A DNA stretch of 64,000 bases. It comes from the human T2T-CHM13v2.0 reference genome, Homo sapiens. Below are positions 1 to 12,666 of this stretch, in pieces. The stretch lies in assembly GCF_009914755.1 (NCBI RefSeq), contig NC_060935.1; one strand, 5' to 3'. The notes below the pieces were generated by a model. It was not told the DNA's origin. It searched no databases and saw only the letters and a program-made list of their open reading frames with translations. The number at the start of each line of letters is the position of its first letter. Position 1 is the first letter of the stretch. The position numbers and the translations under genes were made by a program.

Positions 1-2694
1 ACTGTGGTGTTATATCCCAGTTTATTTTAAATTATATTTCTATATAGAGTGATGCATATTTTTATATAGACCTGTACTGGATAAACCTCACTAACCACTT
101 AAAAGAAAATTACAAAACATAAAAAAAAGTCCAAGGCTATTACTTACAAAAATTTATTTTAAAAAGTTTTTATCTTATTTGAGTGTTAGATTATATACAT
201 GCAGCTAATAATACAGGGTTAAATCTGATTATGTGTTACAACTATATACAGTTTCTAAGATTATGCTAGAGAAAGTAGTGAATGTGGCAGGCAGAATGCC
301 TGAAACACATAAGCCTGTCCTCTCTGATTATTCATTTTTTTGGACTCCCCATTGTTCTTGTCCCACATCTGACTTGAAAAATGGCATCCTTCTGTATCAA
401 GCTGTTTACTAACAATTACAGAGAAAATTACATCTTTGTCAGCACTTGCTCAAATTCAATTGTGGCTGAATCACAAATTCAAATTGTAGGAATATTTTGT
501 TTCCTCAATGTGCATTTAAAAAGCCTGACAATAGTTATGAACAGCATTTTTCAATGTGGGTCTGCAATTTTTTAGTACATGTTCATTCTTCTCTTAAATA
601 TACCATCTGTTCTGTCTCTTTGTTCTTGTCTCAATGTCTGGTGTTTTCCTGAATTGGAATTTGAAGGTCCTGTGGTGAGAAGGGGTCCTTATGGTTGATA
701 CTTGCCTCATTTCAGCATCAAAGATGACCTTCAGATTGGATATGAGTTGGAAATGATACCCAGAACAAATAGGCCAGTCATGGCCACCTTGAAATACCAT
801 TAAACTCAAATTTGTCTGCCACTTGGGGTTTTAATATTTAATCACTTCAAGCTATTACTAGGAAACACAGAAATCACAGTCACACTGGTAGTGAGAGGGA
901 AAGGAAGCACTTGTGACATTTTATTGGGATAATGTTTCTGCTATGACTCTGAAGAACTCCATAAAACCCCATGAAAAAGAGATGTTTGGTGGGTCCAGGA
1001 TTTCTTTGTGTCAGGATTCTAAGCACTTTTTTTTTTACTAGCTCACAAGTACGCAAAAAAGTTGGCTAAAGTTTGTCTGTATTATACTGATCTCTATCTA
1101 TAGTAAGTTCTTCTTTGAATTGTTCTGCCATGAAAGATAAGAACAGTTGGACTCTGCTGTCCTATGTATGACTTGTCAGTTTCCGAAGTTTAATTAAACT
1201 AAGCTTCTTTGTTTCCTCAGCTCTTTGGTAAGTTTGAAAAACTATGACCTATCTAGATTTTTCTGGAGCTTTGGAGAAAGTAATGCTCTTTTTTTTTGAC
1301 TTGCTAAGTCTGTATTATAAACAGAACTCCTATCACGGTTATTTTTAAAGTTCTTTTCCAGTACTTCTAACACCTAAGCCACCTGTATGTATGATTACAT
1401 GAACTTTTTTTCTCTTGATTATATCACATTTTGCTGCTTCTTTATATATCTCATAACACTTTTTTATGTCTCAGGCATTGTGTAAATTTTCTCACGGCAG
1501 AATATATGCTTCTTGCTGGGCTTCTCAGCACTCACAAGCGTTCACAAATTTCCCATGCTTTTTGCTTTAATTCTCAGCCATCGACTTTCTACACTGTGTG
1601 AGACCTCTCTTTGTTTTTAGAACTTGATTGCCAGTGTTTCCTGGGACTGGGGGTGGGAGGTGGGGAAGTAGGGGAAAGGGACCTCCAGTGGGGGTCCCTG
1701 TGGCGTTCTATTTGCTCTCCACTGCCATTCCCGACTTTCTGCATCTGAGGAGATTTCTTTCACTCTATAGCTCTTCTCCAGACGTTAAAGGGATGCTATA
1801 GTCCACTGACGAACTAGTATTCCTCAGGGGGAATTTTTTTGACATCCTCTGCACTCTGGTTAGCATTTAGTGAACTTCTATTTACTCAGTTAAATACTGC
1901 TACAGCACCATGCATCTGTCTATAGTACTTACTATTTGAATTTTACATTTACTTCTGTGATTATTTGTTAATGGTAATCTCCTTGACTAGGTTATAATTT
2001 CTATGAATTTAGGGATTTTGTTTTTGTCTATATTTTTGGCAATTTTTCTTGTCACTGCCATTGAACCCAAGGCACAAAATGTTATATATAGCACACTCAA
2101 TATATATTAGAAGAATGAGTAAATATATGGTATAATTACATATAATAAATATATTAAACTACCTATAATTGCTAAAATATAGGATTATTGAAACTATAAA
2201 TTAACATTTAAAATAAAGAAATGAGAAAGAGACTAGAACAAAAATAAATAAGCTGTAAATTACTACATATTTTCCAAAGCAGATGTGATTTTTATTTTGA
2301 AGTTTCTTAACGGCTAATCAAAAAGAAAAGCATTACAGAAAATATGTATGATCTTAGAGAAACTTATTTCCTAGCAATTAGCTCTGAAAGAAATCTTTAT
2401 ACCTGGACTTCTCACATGATAAAATTTTCTAGAAATTCTTTTCTTCCCCCATTTTCTGAGAGCCTTAGTACATAACTTTGGTATAATAATAATAATTACA
2501 ACAACAAGAAACATAGGAAATACTTCTGTGGCACCAAATCTGAGGTCATGCAATTGTTCTACATTGTTATCTTATTTAATCATCCCAACTAGCTATAGGA
2601 AGAAGGGACAATTATTATCCACATTGTAATCAAGATGAATCTTTATCTAAAACACAGATAGGCTAAGATTCTGCAGCTAACAAGTGTTGAAGAT

Positions 2695-2837
2695 TGTATT
2701 TATTGCTTTATCTAATATGGTCAAAATGATAACCAGTACTAGTGAGGAAAAGAGATGATATATATAACATAATTTTATATATGTACTTATTGCTTTATCT
2801 AATATGGTCAAAATGATCACTAGTACTAGTGAGGAAA
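2695..2837. repeat. Local direct duplication, 87-bp period, followed by (TA)/(CA)-rich low-complexity tract to ~2985
   Basis: tgtaYttattgctttatctaatatggtcaaaatgat..agtactagtgaggaaa at 2695-2750 and 2782-2837 (53/56 identical). Confidence 0.9.
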
Positions 2838-3155
2838 TCAGACTATATATATATACACACACATACATATATACAAACACACATATATATAATTGGATTT
2901 TATATATATTATATATAATTATATATGATATACAATCAGATTATATATATAAAATCTGTCTTCTATGAATAATATATATAAATAGAAAATCTAGAAATGG
3001 TTTACACTTCAGTTCTTATTTGCTCTTTGCTCAAGATTTTTTAAACTAAATTATATAATAAGCAAATTGAGTGATTAGTCTATATTTCCCCTTTATTGCT
3101 TTAGCCCCCTATACTATGTTACAGCCATTATAAAAATAGTAATATAGGAAAATGG

Positions 3156-3271
3156 ATGAGATTGGATTTCAAATCGGCCTAAAGAGTTTGTGTTTTCCTA
3201 GTGATGAGAATTTGGGTTCACATCACTAGGAAAACACAAACTCTGTAGGCCGATTTGAAATCCAATCTCAT
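3156..3271. repeat. Near-perfect inverted repeat (51-bp arms, 14-nt spacer)
   Basis: Arm 3156-3206 is the reverse complement of 3221-3271 except one mismatch (3182/3245). Confidence 0.95.
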
Positions 3272-5129
3272 AAGCACTATAAAAGAGGTGGAAATGCCAG
3301 CAAAAAAAACAAGAGGGTGGAAAGGGGGAAATGCCTCAGCGACTTTTACTTTATCTTCTTGAAGTCACAGCATCCACATCATAGTATGGTAACAAATTTT
3401 ATCTTCCTGTAGTTATTATAAAAGATTTCTTCTGCCCTTCTTCAACCATGTCTTCACTATTCCAATAGCACATATTACACTTTTATTTTGGTCATTACAA
3501 TGATGTTACTCTTTTGTTTAACAGAAGCAAGTATGTTTAGGAGTACCATTGGACTTCTAAATGTTAAATAACGGTATTTAAATTAGAAATGTAGACATAG
3601 ACTTCCAACTAAAGGTTGCATTATAATATTAAGAATTAGCTAAAGTAAATGTTATCACTAAATAAAGGTAAGACAAATATGAGATGTGAAACTCTGCCCT
3701 AAAGAATAGAAGAAAAGGAAGAAAGCACCCAAAAACGCGGAAAAAATGAAATCTCAGTAATTGATGCCTATATTACATTTTGAAGTTGACGGAATACTTT
3801 CACAATACTATGCCCTTTAATGTAGAGAGTTTGCATTTATATAGATTAAGCAAATTCAATCTGAGGTTGACTTGGTCATGATAAAGATTAAAAACATTCT
3901 GTGATTTCAGGCTTTCAAATCTAGATGGCTTCGTTCTTCCAATATGGTCCAATTCGGCAACTATCATTTAAGAGGCACCCCTTCCAAAGCATTGTATACA
4001 GCACTGCAGTGGATAATAACTACAGATACAGAGTCTCCAGATCTCACAGTGAAAAAAATCATTACATGTAAATACATTATTGGGTTCAAAGTCATAATGT
4101 TATTACAATAGAGGTGGAAAAACATATAAAGAAGCAAGAGAAACCTAAAATTCATGGGTGTATCTACGAAGGCATCTTGAAGACCGTAAGTGTGAATGGG
4201 CAAGGAAAAAAAATATTAGCTTATAAGGAGGCAAAGAAATATTTTAGGCAGAAGTAACAACTTACTCAAAAAGCCAGAGGCAAGAAAGGGGAATGACGTT
4301 TCAGAGGACACTCTGAAAGGTAATAAGTACAGCCTGGGGCACAAGGGAAAATTAGCATTAAGACTGGAAATGTAGAGAAGAGACAAAATGCGCAGGGCTT
4401 TGAAAGAAAAGCTGAGGATTTCCAACTTGACATTTTGCTCAGAGCCAGCCCTGGGCTTACTTTTCTACATCTTAGCAGAGACAACACAGATAAGAGAGAA
4501 TCAGGATGAATTTGTTTGGACTCACTTCAAGTGTCCAACTACAGTCGAATGTTGGATATGTTTCAGAACATGCCTTTCCATGGCTTTCAAATGTGGTGAC
4601 AAAGGATTTGGACAAGGATATTTTTAATACAGCCAAACTCAAATTTCTCTAGGGAATTTTTTGAAAAGTGTTATGATCAGATAAAAAATATAAGATGCTC
4701 TTATTCAAATGACAAAGTATGAGGGAATTCTGAAAATCATCTTTTTCCTGGTTTAAAAAATATCCATCTATATAAAATTATGTCTGCCGATTATCTGATA
4801 AATGTGATTAGTGCAACTAATCACGATAAATTCGGAGCTTAAATAGCCACTAAAATGAAAACATAATGCATTACCTAATCACATATGTCATACCCTGTAA
4901 TAACCCGAATGAAGCCAACTGTGAACATAATACAAAAACCAGAAAATTTGAAGGGAAAAATGCCTAAATGTTTTTGCCCTACTTCATACTTCTTTGTGAT
5001 TGAAGAAAATAGTTCCTGAGTAGAAAATAACTAAAAATGGAAAGAAAACTCAAAGTTTTTAAAACATAGTTTGAGTTACTTATTCTGTCTTCATTTAATG
5101 AACATACATAGCCCTTACAAAATGCTTGG

Positions 5130-5341
5130 CGCAGTTCTAAGAACATATAGCACCTTCTTTCTTCAAGGCAAGCAGGAAGGTCTTTCCTTCCAGTTGGCTA
5201 AGATCATGAAATGACTATCCCGTCACCTTTGCCTTGTTATGTTGGCTAGAAGGAAGTCACCAGCTCTTCCCACACTCAAGAGGAAGAGATTATACAAGGA
5301 AATGACTCATTGGGGGTCATCTTAGAATTCTGCTTACCACA
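5130..5341 (-). mobile_element. Old MLT1-type MaLR LTR fragment
   Basis: Resembles MLT1 motifs (cccacactcaagaggaagagattatacaagg...ggggtcatcttagaattctgcttaccaca). Confidence 0.5.
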
Positions 5342-8299
5342 GAGTGTAAGTGTTGTCCTAAGACGGTTTCACATTATTTTCTGTTTAGAATCTTTCAGAG
5401 ATGAAAGAAGAAATGATATCCTGTCCTACTTTTTGCATTCTTAGAATACATTCTCACACTTTTTTCTTAGTATAAATAAACGTTGTCCCTGCAATCTTAC
5501 TTTTCAACCACTTGTATTTGAAATCGTCTTCAGATTGTTCATGTTGCCAATAATCACATCAGAGGCAAAAGTATTCAAGAGAGGAAGACATCAGAATTAC
5601 ATTATCTGCTTTGTAATTTAAATATCTTAATCACATATGTTAAGAAATGTTGTTATATATTACTTAAACATATAAGAGGAGAATTCTAAATTCACCTCCT
5701 GTTATATTTTAATAGCCAACATATCACCAGTAAAGATTTAAAATTCCAAACAATATAATTTCTAGTTAACAAACAATTTTAAAGTTTACATTTCTAAATA
5801 ATACTTTAAAGTAGACAAACAGAACACACTAAAAAATGCAGTATAGTATATTCTCACCCTGTCTGGACGGTCCTGATACCATTCTGTCAGGAAGACAGTC
5901 ATTTTCTTTTCTTATGGCAAAAGACTTTCTTTGAGAAATTGACAATCCTTCCACTTTGACAAAGCTAGCCAGAAAAAGGATGGCAGGAATCCTTTAATGT
6001 GAATGTCAATGGATCAAAAATTGAGTGTAACACAAAGGCAGTAAACTCAGGGGTGGGGAAGAATTGTAGACTTTGAGCAGCACCAAACTATAACAGCAGC
6101 AGAAAGAAGACAGCAATGGAGCAGATACAGAATCTAAGAAAGAACAAATTCCCATTCCATACATTTTCCTCATTCAGGTCTCAGATCTCCTTAAAATATG
6201 TAACATTTTGGTTTTAGTGTTTCTGTGTAAATTTCCACCAAGGCATTCTAGGCTCCTCTTATGCTAACTGACCTACTATTCCAGGCAAAACCTTCAGCTC
6301 ACTACCAACATTCCTTGTTCCCTGACTACACTATATCATGTACCATTCCATAAATATGCCTTATTCTTCTCATCTGTAAAATGGCTCTTACCTCATAGAG
6401 GTAAGGAGCAAGCAAGTGAGGCTGCTGGAATATTCCTGACTTGGCACAAAGTGTTTTGAATTAAATTCATTGTTTAAAACAAAAAGATAACTATTACTTT
6501 CACTGTAAATTAGCTAAAACTTCAAAAAATAAGAGCAAGACCTCTTGTGACACGGAGAGAAAAGAAGTCCACAGCAGAGCCTGAAGAGGAAGCTGGAAGA
6601 AACCCAAAGAGCAACCGAACAGTTACAGAGAGTATTTGTTGTGTGATGGATGGACCTGAGTTTGTACCTGACTTCCTGTTGAGCCAACATATAAATTATA
6701 ATAAGTTATGCTAATGGATGTATTTAAGGTATTCCAAAGTGAGTTATAAAAAAAGGAATACTGTAGGGACTTAGCAGAATTAGAGATACATTTGCCTAGA
6801 GAGTAAAGAAAAATTCAGAAGAGAAAATAAGAGCACATGATATCTTGGAAAAAGCCACCCAGTCCAAAGCCCCATTTTTCAGGTGAGAAACCTGACACCA
6901 AGAAAGTTGCAAATTGCTTGAGATCGCATAGCTAAAAACAAAATTTAAAGTGGTTTAATTTTAAGCCATACATATAAAGATACAAAACAATACCCAATGC
7001 TAGGTTCATTGAAATTACTCAGAACACGCTAACAAGAACTATTACAATCACTATTGTTATTAATGGTTATATCATTGATTTGAAATCTCTGTTTTCTAAT
7101 TTCCAAACTAATGATCTTTCCATCATGTCTCACCATTCTTGGGCTGTCCCTGCTTATTCAGTACACTGCTACTAATATTTAATTCTTTTATCTTATTGTT
7201 TCTTTTCTTCTTCTTCAATTCATCCTTTGCAAAACTTCTGGTGTCTGAATTGTAATCAATTTAGTACAATACAAAATTAATCAAGGCTACTATTGTTTTC
7301 AAGGAATATTATTTTGATTCCCGTTCTTCATTTATTATTTATAAGTTTAAAAAGTACATATTTTTGATAAAATGACTTTTTATTTTCTGTGACATAGTTT
7401 TAGTTTTCATTACAGTTTTTCCATTACAGAGTTTCTTTGAATGTAACCCAAAGTAAAAGCCAGAGTAGATTAAATTTAATCATTTTCATTTAAGATTTTT
7501 AACATTTGTTATACAAATTAAAAGATGATATATAAATTATTTTACTTCTATTACACTGAATAATAGTCTGTTATGCCATACTTGATAAAATTTACCTTTC
7601 AAATTTTAGTACCATCAAAATTGAAGTTCTGATCCACAGTAGGTGATAGAAATCTATGAAAGAACGATGCAAACAAACTTACAAATTTTGGACAGATTAT
7701 TTTTTAGGTGACTACACCTTTGTGGAGATACTTGAATCTAAATTTTCTATTATTTAACCTTGGATAGAAAACTCAACATAACTCTATGAACCATTTTTCT
7801 GCAATCTTCAATTTCTCCAAATTTAAAATTATATTCACCCTTCAAAACCAGGTATATTTCCATTCTCCATGAAAAACAACAAAACACCAGAATTTAAAAC
7901 AAATTGTATTTTATTAGTACGTATTTTATACCAGACATGCTATTATTTAATCCCAGTGGCAACATATATAATTAAGAAAAAAAAAAAGCTCAAAAATGTT
8001 TTCTCTTACACAGGTTAGTAAGTAATGTAGCTAGAATTCAAACCTAGGCTTCATGCCACATTTGAAATGAAGAAACTTAAATTATTTGTTCTCAAAATGC
8101 TTTTCTCTTTAAAGTGTCTTTGCATCATAGTCAGCAATTTGCTTATGGTAGTATTCAAGAAAAGGTCATGACTGTCCCTTGATCACATCTGTTGCTACCA
8201 CACACTGTACAGTATGTTGCGTGTGGTAAGTACACAACGAACACCCAGATTTTTATTTATTTGTTTTGTTTTGGTGTGTGAGTTTTAATTAATCCCTGA

Positions 8300-9023
8300 G
8301 GAAGAAGTTTATTGCAAAACATCTTATAAATCCTGGCTCCTGATGCCAAGGAACAGATGTAAAATAGGCAGTTGGCATCCAGCACAATACATACGTATTT
8401 TATTTTTGACAAAAACAACCTTAATGTTCTTCCTCATCCTGACTAAACATTAGACAAGCTTCTTCCTGACTCTAGGCCTTTGACTTTTTCTTAGAACACT
8501 TAATTTAGAAAACTTGTAATTTTATATTTTTTTCTCTGCCCCTTTGAGATGAAAATATTTTAAAACGTTCCTTGATCATTTTGCTGTTGTTGTTACTGTT
8601 TTGTTGTTGTTACTGTTTTGTTGTTGTTTTCGTTTTGTTGTTGTTTTCCTGCAACAACTCAAGAATGTCTTTTTCAAAGACCTGGGAGCCATCCCTTTGA
8701 AATGTAATGATTAAGGAAGATAAGCCCCTATCTCCCAGTTTCTATGGGATAGTAGGATCCCAAGTTTGGTGCCTTTCTCCAAGTTGTAAAACTATCTCCT
8801 GACACAAAGATTTGAGGAACTTTACCTTTTCTTTGGGTAAAGTCAATGAGCAAACAAAAATGGCCTGTGTTCTCCCTATCACCACAAAGCTAAAAATCCT
8901 ACCACCTTTTGTTTCAGTGCAGTTGAGGTTAGACTGAGCTCTGATCTCTCTCTTCTATTGCAAATGCCTTGAATGAATCCGCTTTGCCTGTTTAACATTG
9001 TTTGGTGCAATTTTTGCTTTGAC
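8300..9023 (+). mobile_element. ERV1-class solo LTR (MER34/MER39-like) with internal (GTT)n-type expansion
   Basis: gacctgggagccatccctttgaaatgtaa...ataagcccctatctcccagtttct motif recalled for this LTR group; tandem tgttgttgttactgttt at ~8585-8645. Confidence 0.55.
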
Positions 9024-9608
9024 CATTTCTTCCCAGTGTCACAGAAATAGGAAATAAGAAACTACATTTCACAGAGGCTCCCTCCAGTAGGATCCTAATT
9101 AGAGGCCACCAATGAAAGGCACTCACATAAAATCTGCAATGCTGAAGGAAAGCATAAAACATTAATATTTTCTGGCTTTAGCAGGCAGATGCAGGGAGAT
9201 TGTCAGACATGTGGTCATTTCTCTGTGAGTTTACCTACATTAACAGGTCAATGTACTGTGACCGCCATTGGCAGTTTTCTGACTGGACAGTAGTGACTTT
9301 CTGATTCTCTGAGGGCTATGAATTAACCTAAAGGTAGCTTTTTCTAACTAATCCTGTAGCCCTTATGATAACTATATAAGCAGTTAATTCTCTGTGTTTA
9401 GCCTCTTCTTTCTTGAAAAGACCAGAAGGGTTCCTGTATTCCTAACTGAACCCTGACTATACCAGGAAAAAAAGAAATGCTTCAACAAGTTTGTTTTTCT
9501 TAGTTAGAGCCCAGTTAAAGGAACATATAACTATCCTAGTAAAAATTGAGAGACACTTAGATTCGAGAGAAAAAAAATACATATATAACACTCTTTATTA
9601 CTATAAGG

Positions 9609-9909
<301 letters not shown>

Positions 9910-11860
9910 TCTTTATTACTTTCTAGATATTTTCACTGGCATAGCTTCCTTTCACGTATCTGGAGGCAATGACAATGTTTCTCCACAGGACAGAATTATA
10001 TAAACCAAACTTCATCCCTGATGACTCTGTAACAAGACCAAAAACACTGTATCTTTGGGACCTTCTTTGTCAATCCCTTTTAGCAGGCCTCAGATTTTCC
10101 CACTAAGTCTTGCCAAATATACTTTTTTTCAGCTATGTTATCTCACTGAAGTCTACATTGCAAAACAATCCCTTTCTGTACTGTATTCATTGATTGTTTT
10201 TGCTCTTTCCAACCCCTAATTCCATCACCTCTAATTTTCTTGCCCAGCTAATATGTTAAAACACATGTTGAAAGGGGAATATAAAAATATTTTAATCTGC
10301 CAGTTGAAGAGCTCAGCTCAGGCGGTTCAGGTTACATGTTCAAAATTCAGATTTAAAAGTTCTCATCAGATGATCTTTCAAATTACCTTGATTTCAGCTA
10401 AGATTAATGTACAAAAATAGAACCTTTTTTCTTTCACAGATTGAATTATGTTGGTTTTATGGTAGAGAGTGATCTTTGCAGTTGTTTAAAGGAAATCATT
10501 TTTTTCTTAAATATGAAAATACTATCTTTTTCTAAGAGAATATTTCTATATTTCAGCATTACTTTACAGATAATTACATACTTAAATATTATTTTTTTTT
10601 TTATTATTAAGGGCCTGGTCTTAGTCACAATACTAATGGAGGTTATCGTGACTCATCTTAAAACTCCAAAAATGTACACTTTTAAAGTGTACAGTATTTT
10701 ACTTCCTAGGAACTTCTAATTTAGTAGATTTTTTTCTTTCTTTTAGATAACATTGCAATTTCAATTTAATATTGTGGAACTTTGTTCTTTTTTATCCTTC
10801 ACATTCTTGAAAACAACAAAAAATGCTGGAATTACAAAAACTAGACATTTACTCATCTCTACATATTTCAAAGGAAAAAGTCACTTTGCTACTAATGAAT
10901 GTAATGAAGAGCTCTTCTCTGGATCTAAATAAGCTCTGTGACAGTTAATGAAAATAGCGTTAAGAGTGGAAACATGAAGGAAATTCATGTTTTGTGAAAC
11001 TAAAAAGATAAAAATACTGGGGTCATAGAGGTGACCATCTAGAATTGCTTGAACATCATAAAAATTTTTCCAAGAAAATAACAAATTAAAAATATTATTT
11101 TCCTTAAATCATAGCGTTTTTTATTCCAATTATAGACTCTATCATGAAAAAATACATAAGCTACCTAAATTTCCTTTTTAATACCAAACTATCTAGGTAG
11201 AAGAGTTTATTTAGTTGAATAACCCAACATGAAAAATACCACTTATGGTATAAAAATTAATGAATATGTCTGATTTAATGTATGTGCATTAACTAAATAT
11301 ATTATCTGTTTATAATTTCTTTGTTTAAGGGATTATTTAGAGCAGCAGCAACAACAAAAAAAAACTGTTTAATTGCCTAAAAATATGTACTAACATTATA
11401 CCTACATTTCTGAATTGGCACCTATGAATTTAGCTGAATCTCTTTTATTTTTCTGCATGACTCTCATACCCATGCAAATTACCATTTTAAAATACGATAT
11501 TAGGCATCTTCATACTTCTGGGAAATACATATTGTTGTTTATTTCAGAATTACAAATTAACTAATTTATGGAAATGAACAACTGTTTAAAGGAATAAGAT
11601 AGCTATTTTTTATTCAAAAGGGAGAAAAGATTTTTCTAAGGAAGATCATACTGAGATTAAATAACAAAACAGGATGGGGAAGTTCTTTGCTTCATATACC
11701 AATTTCTTTTATATACTTGATAACATTTCGAAGAGAAAACGTCTTTCCTATCGATAATATGACAGGTTTATCAGTCATTAGATAAAACATAATTTTTAAT
11801 TAAAATAACAGCATTCGAATTTACAGAAAAGGTATCTAAATTATATATTTATAATTTTAC

Positions 11861-11862
<2 letters not shown>

Positions 11863-11899
<37 letters not shown>
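11863..11899. repeat. (TG)n microsatellite
   Basis: Pure TG run of ~18 units. Confidence 0.95.
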
Positions 11900-11901
<2 letters not shown>

Positions 11902-12474
11902 TCATATATATACATGGGGTGGTTAAAAGTAGGGACCCCTAGTCAAATGGACAACATTGCAAATTCTGTCTTACTCTCTTTCTTTCATGTATTTGAATGT
12001 ATGATCTTAGAAAAGTCATTTAGCTTTCTCTACTTTTATTTCCTCACCATGTAAAATGGGGAAAATAAAACATACCTAGAGCTATGTATCTATTACATTA
12101 ACAAGATAGAAGGTGTAGAAATCTATACCAAAATTTGGCATTTATGTGTTAAATGGAAGCTTAAAAACATTTCAGAGTACATTTTCTACAGTTGATCTAT
12201 ACTTACCTTAATCTCTGGGAGGCTATTTTTGCAAGATTTTCAATATTTCATAATATGTTTGATACACTTTGGTATACAATCACTGTTACTTCCCACTATT
12301 TTACAAAGTAACTATTCAGAGCTGTATAATCACAAATTTTGAGTAAAAAGTAATAGCATTAATTGATTTGGAAAATAGTGAGTTCTGTGCCACATAATCA
12401 ATGCACATACATGATGGCAAATGACCTTTCTAAGTTACTGAAGTAATGAATACATTTAGAAGAAGTAGAGCTAA

Positions 12475-12666
12475 AGTAATGGTTCCCAAACATAGCAGCA
12501 CATTATACTTATCTGGTGAGCATTAAAGATACAGATAGCTTGGTCTAACCCTGATCAAATAAACCTAAACATTTTGAGGGTAATTATTGAGAAATATAAA
12601 TTTTGAATAAAGCTTACCTGGTAGTTTTGATGAAAATAGTCTTTAAGCATCAATTGAAACCATTGA
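12475..12666. mobile_element. MER5A-like hAT DNA transposon remnant
   Basis: ~190 bp, begins agtaatggttcccaaac and ends gaaaccattg (MER5-type terminal inverted repeats). Confidence 0.6.

Noticed and set aside
2695-2837. CRISPR-like repeat-spacer array
   Set aside because: Only two copies, low-complexity spacer, eukaryotic context, no cas genes.
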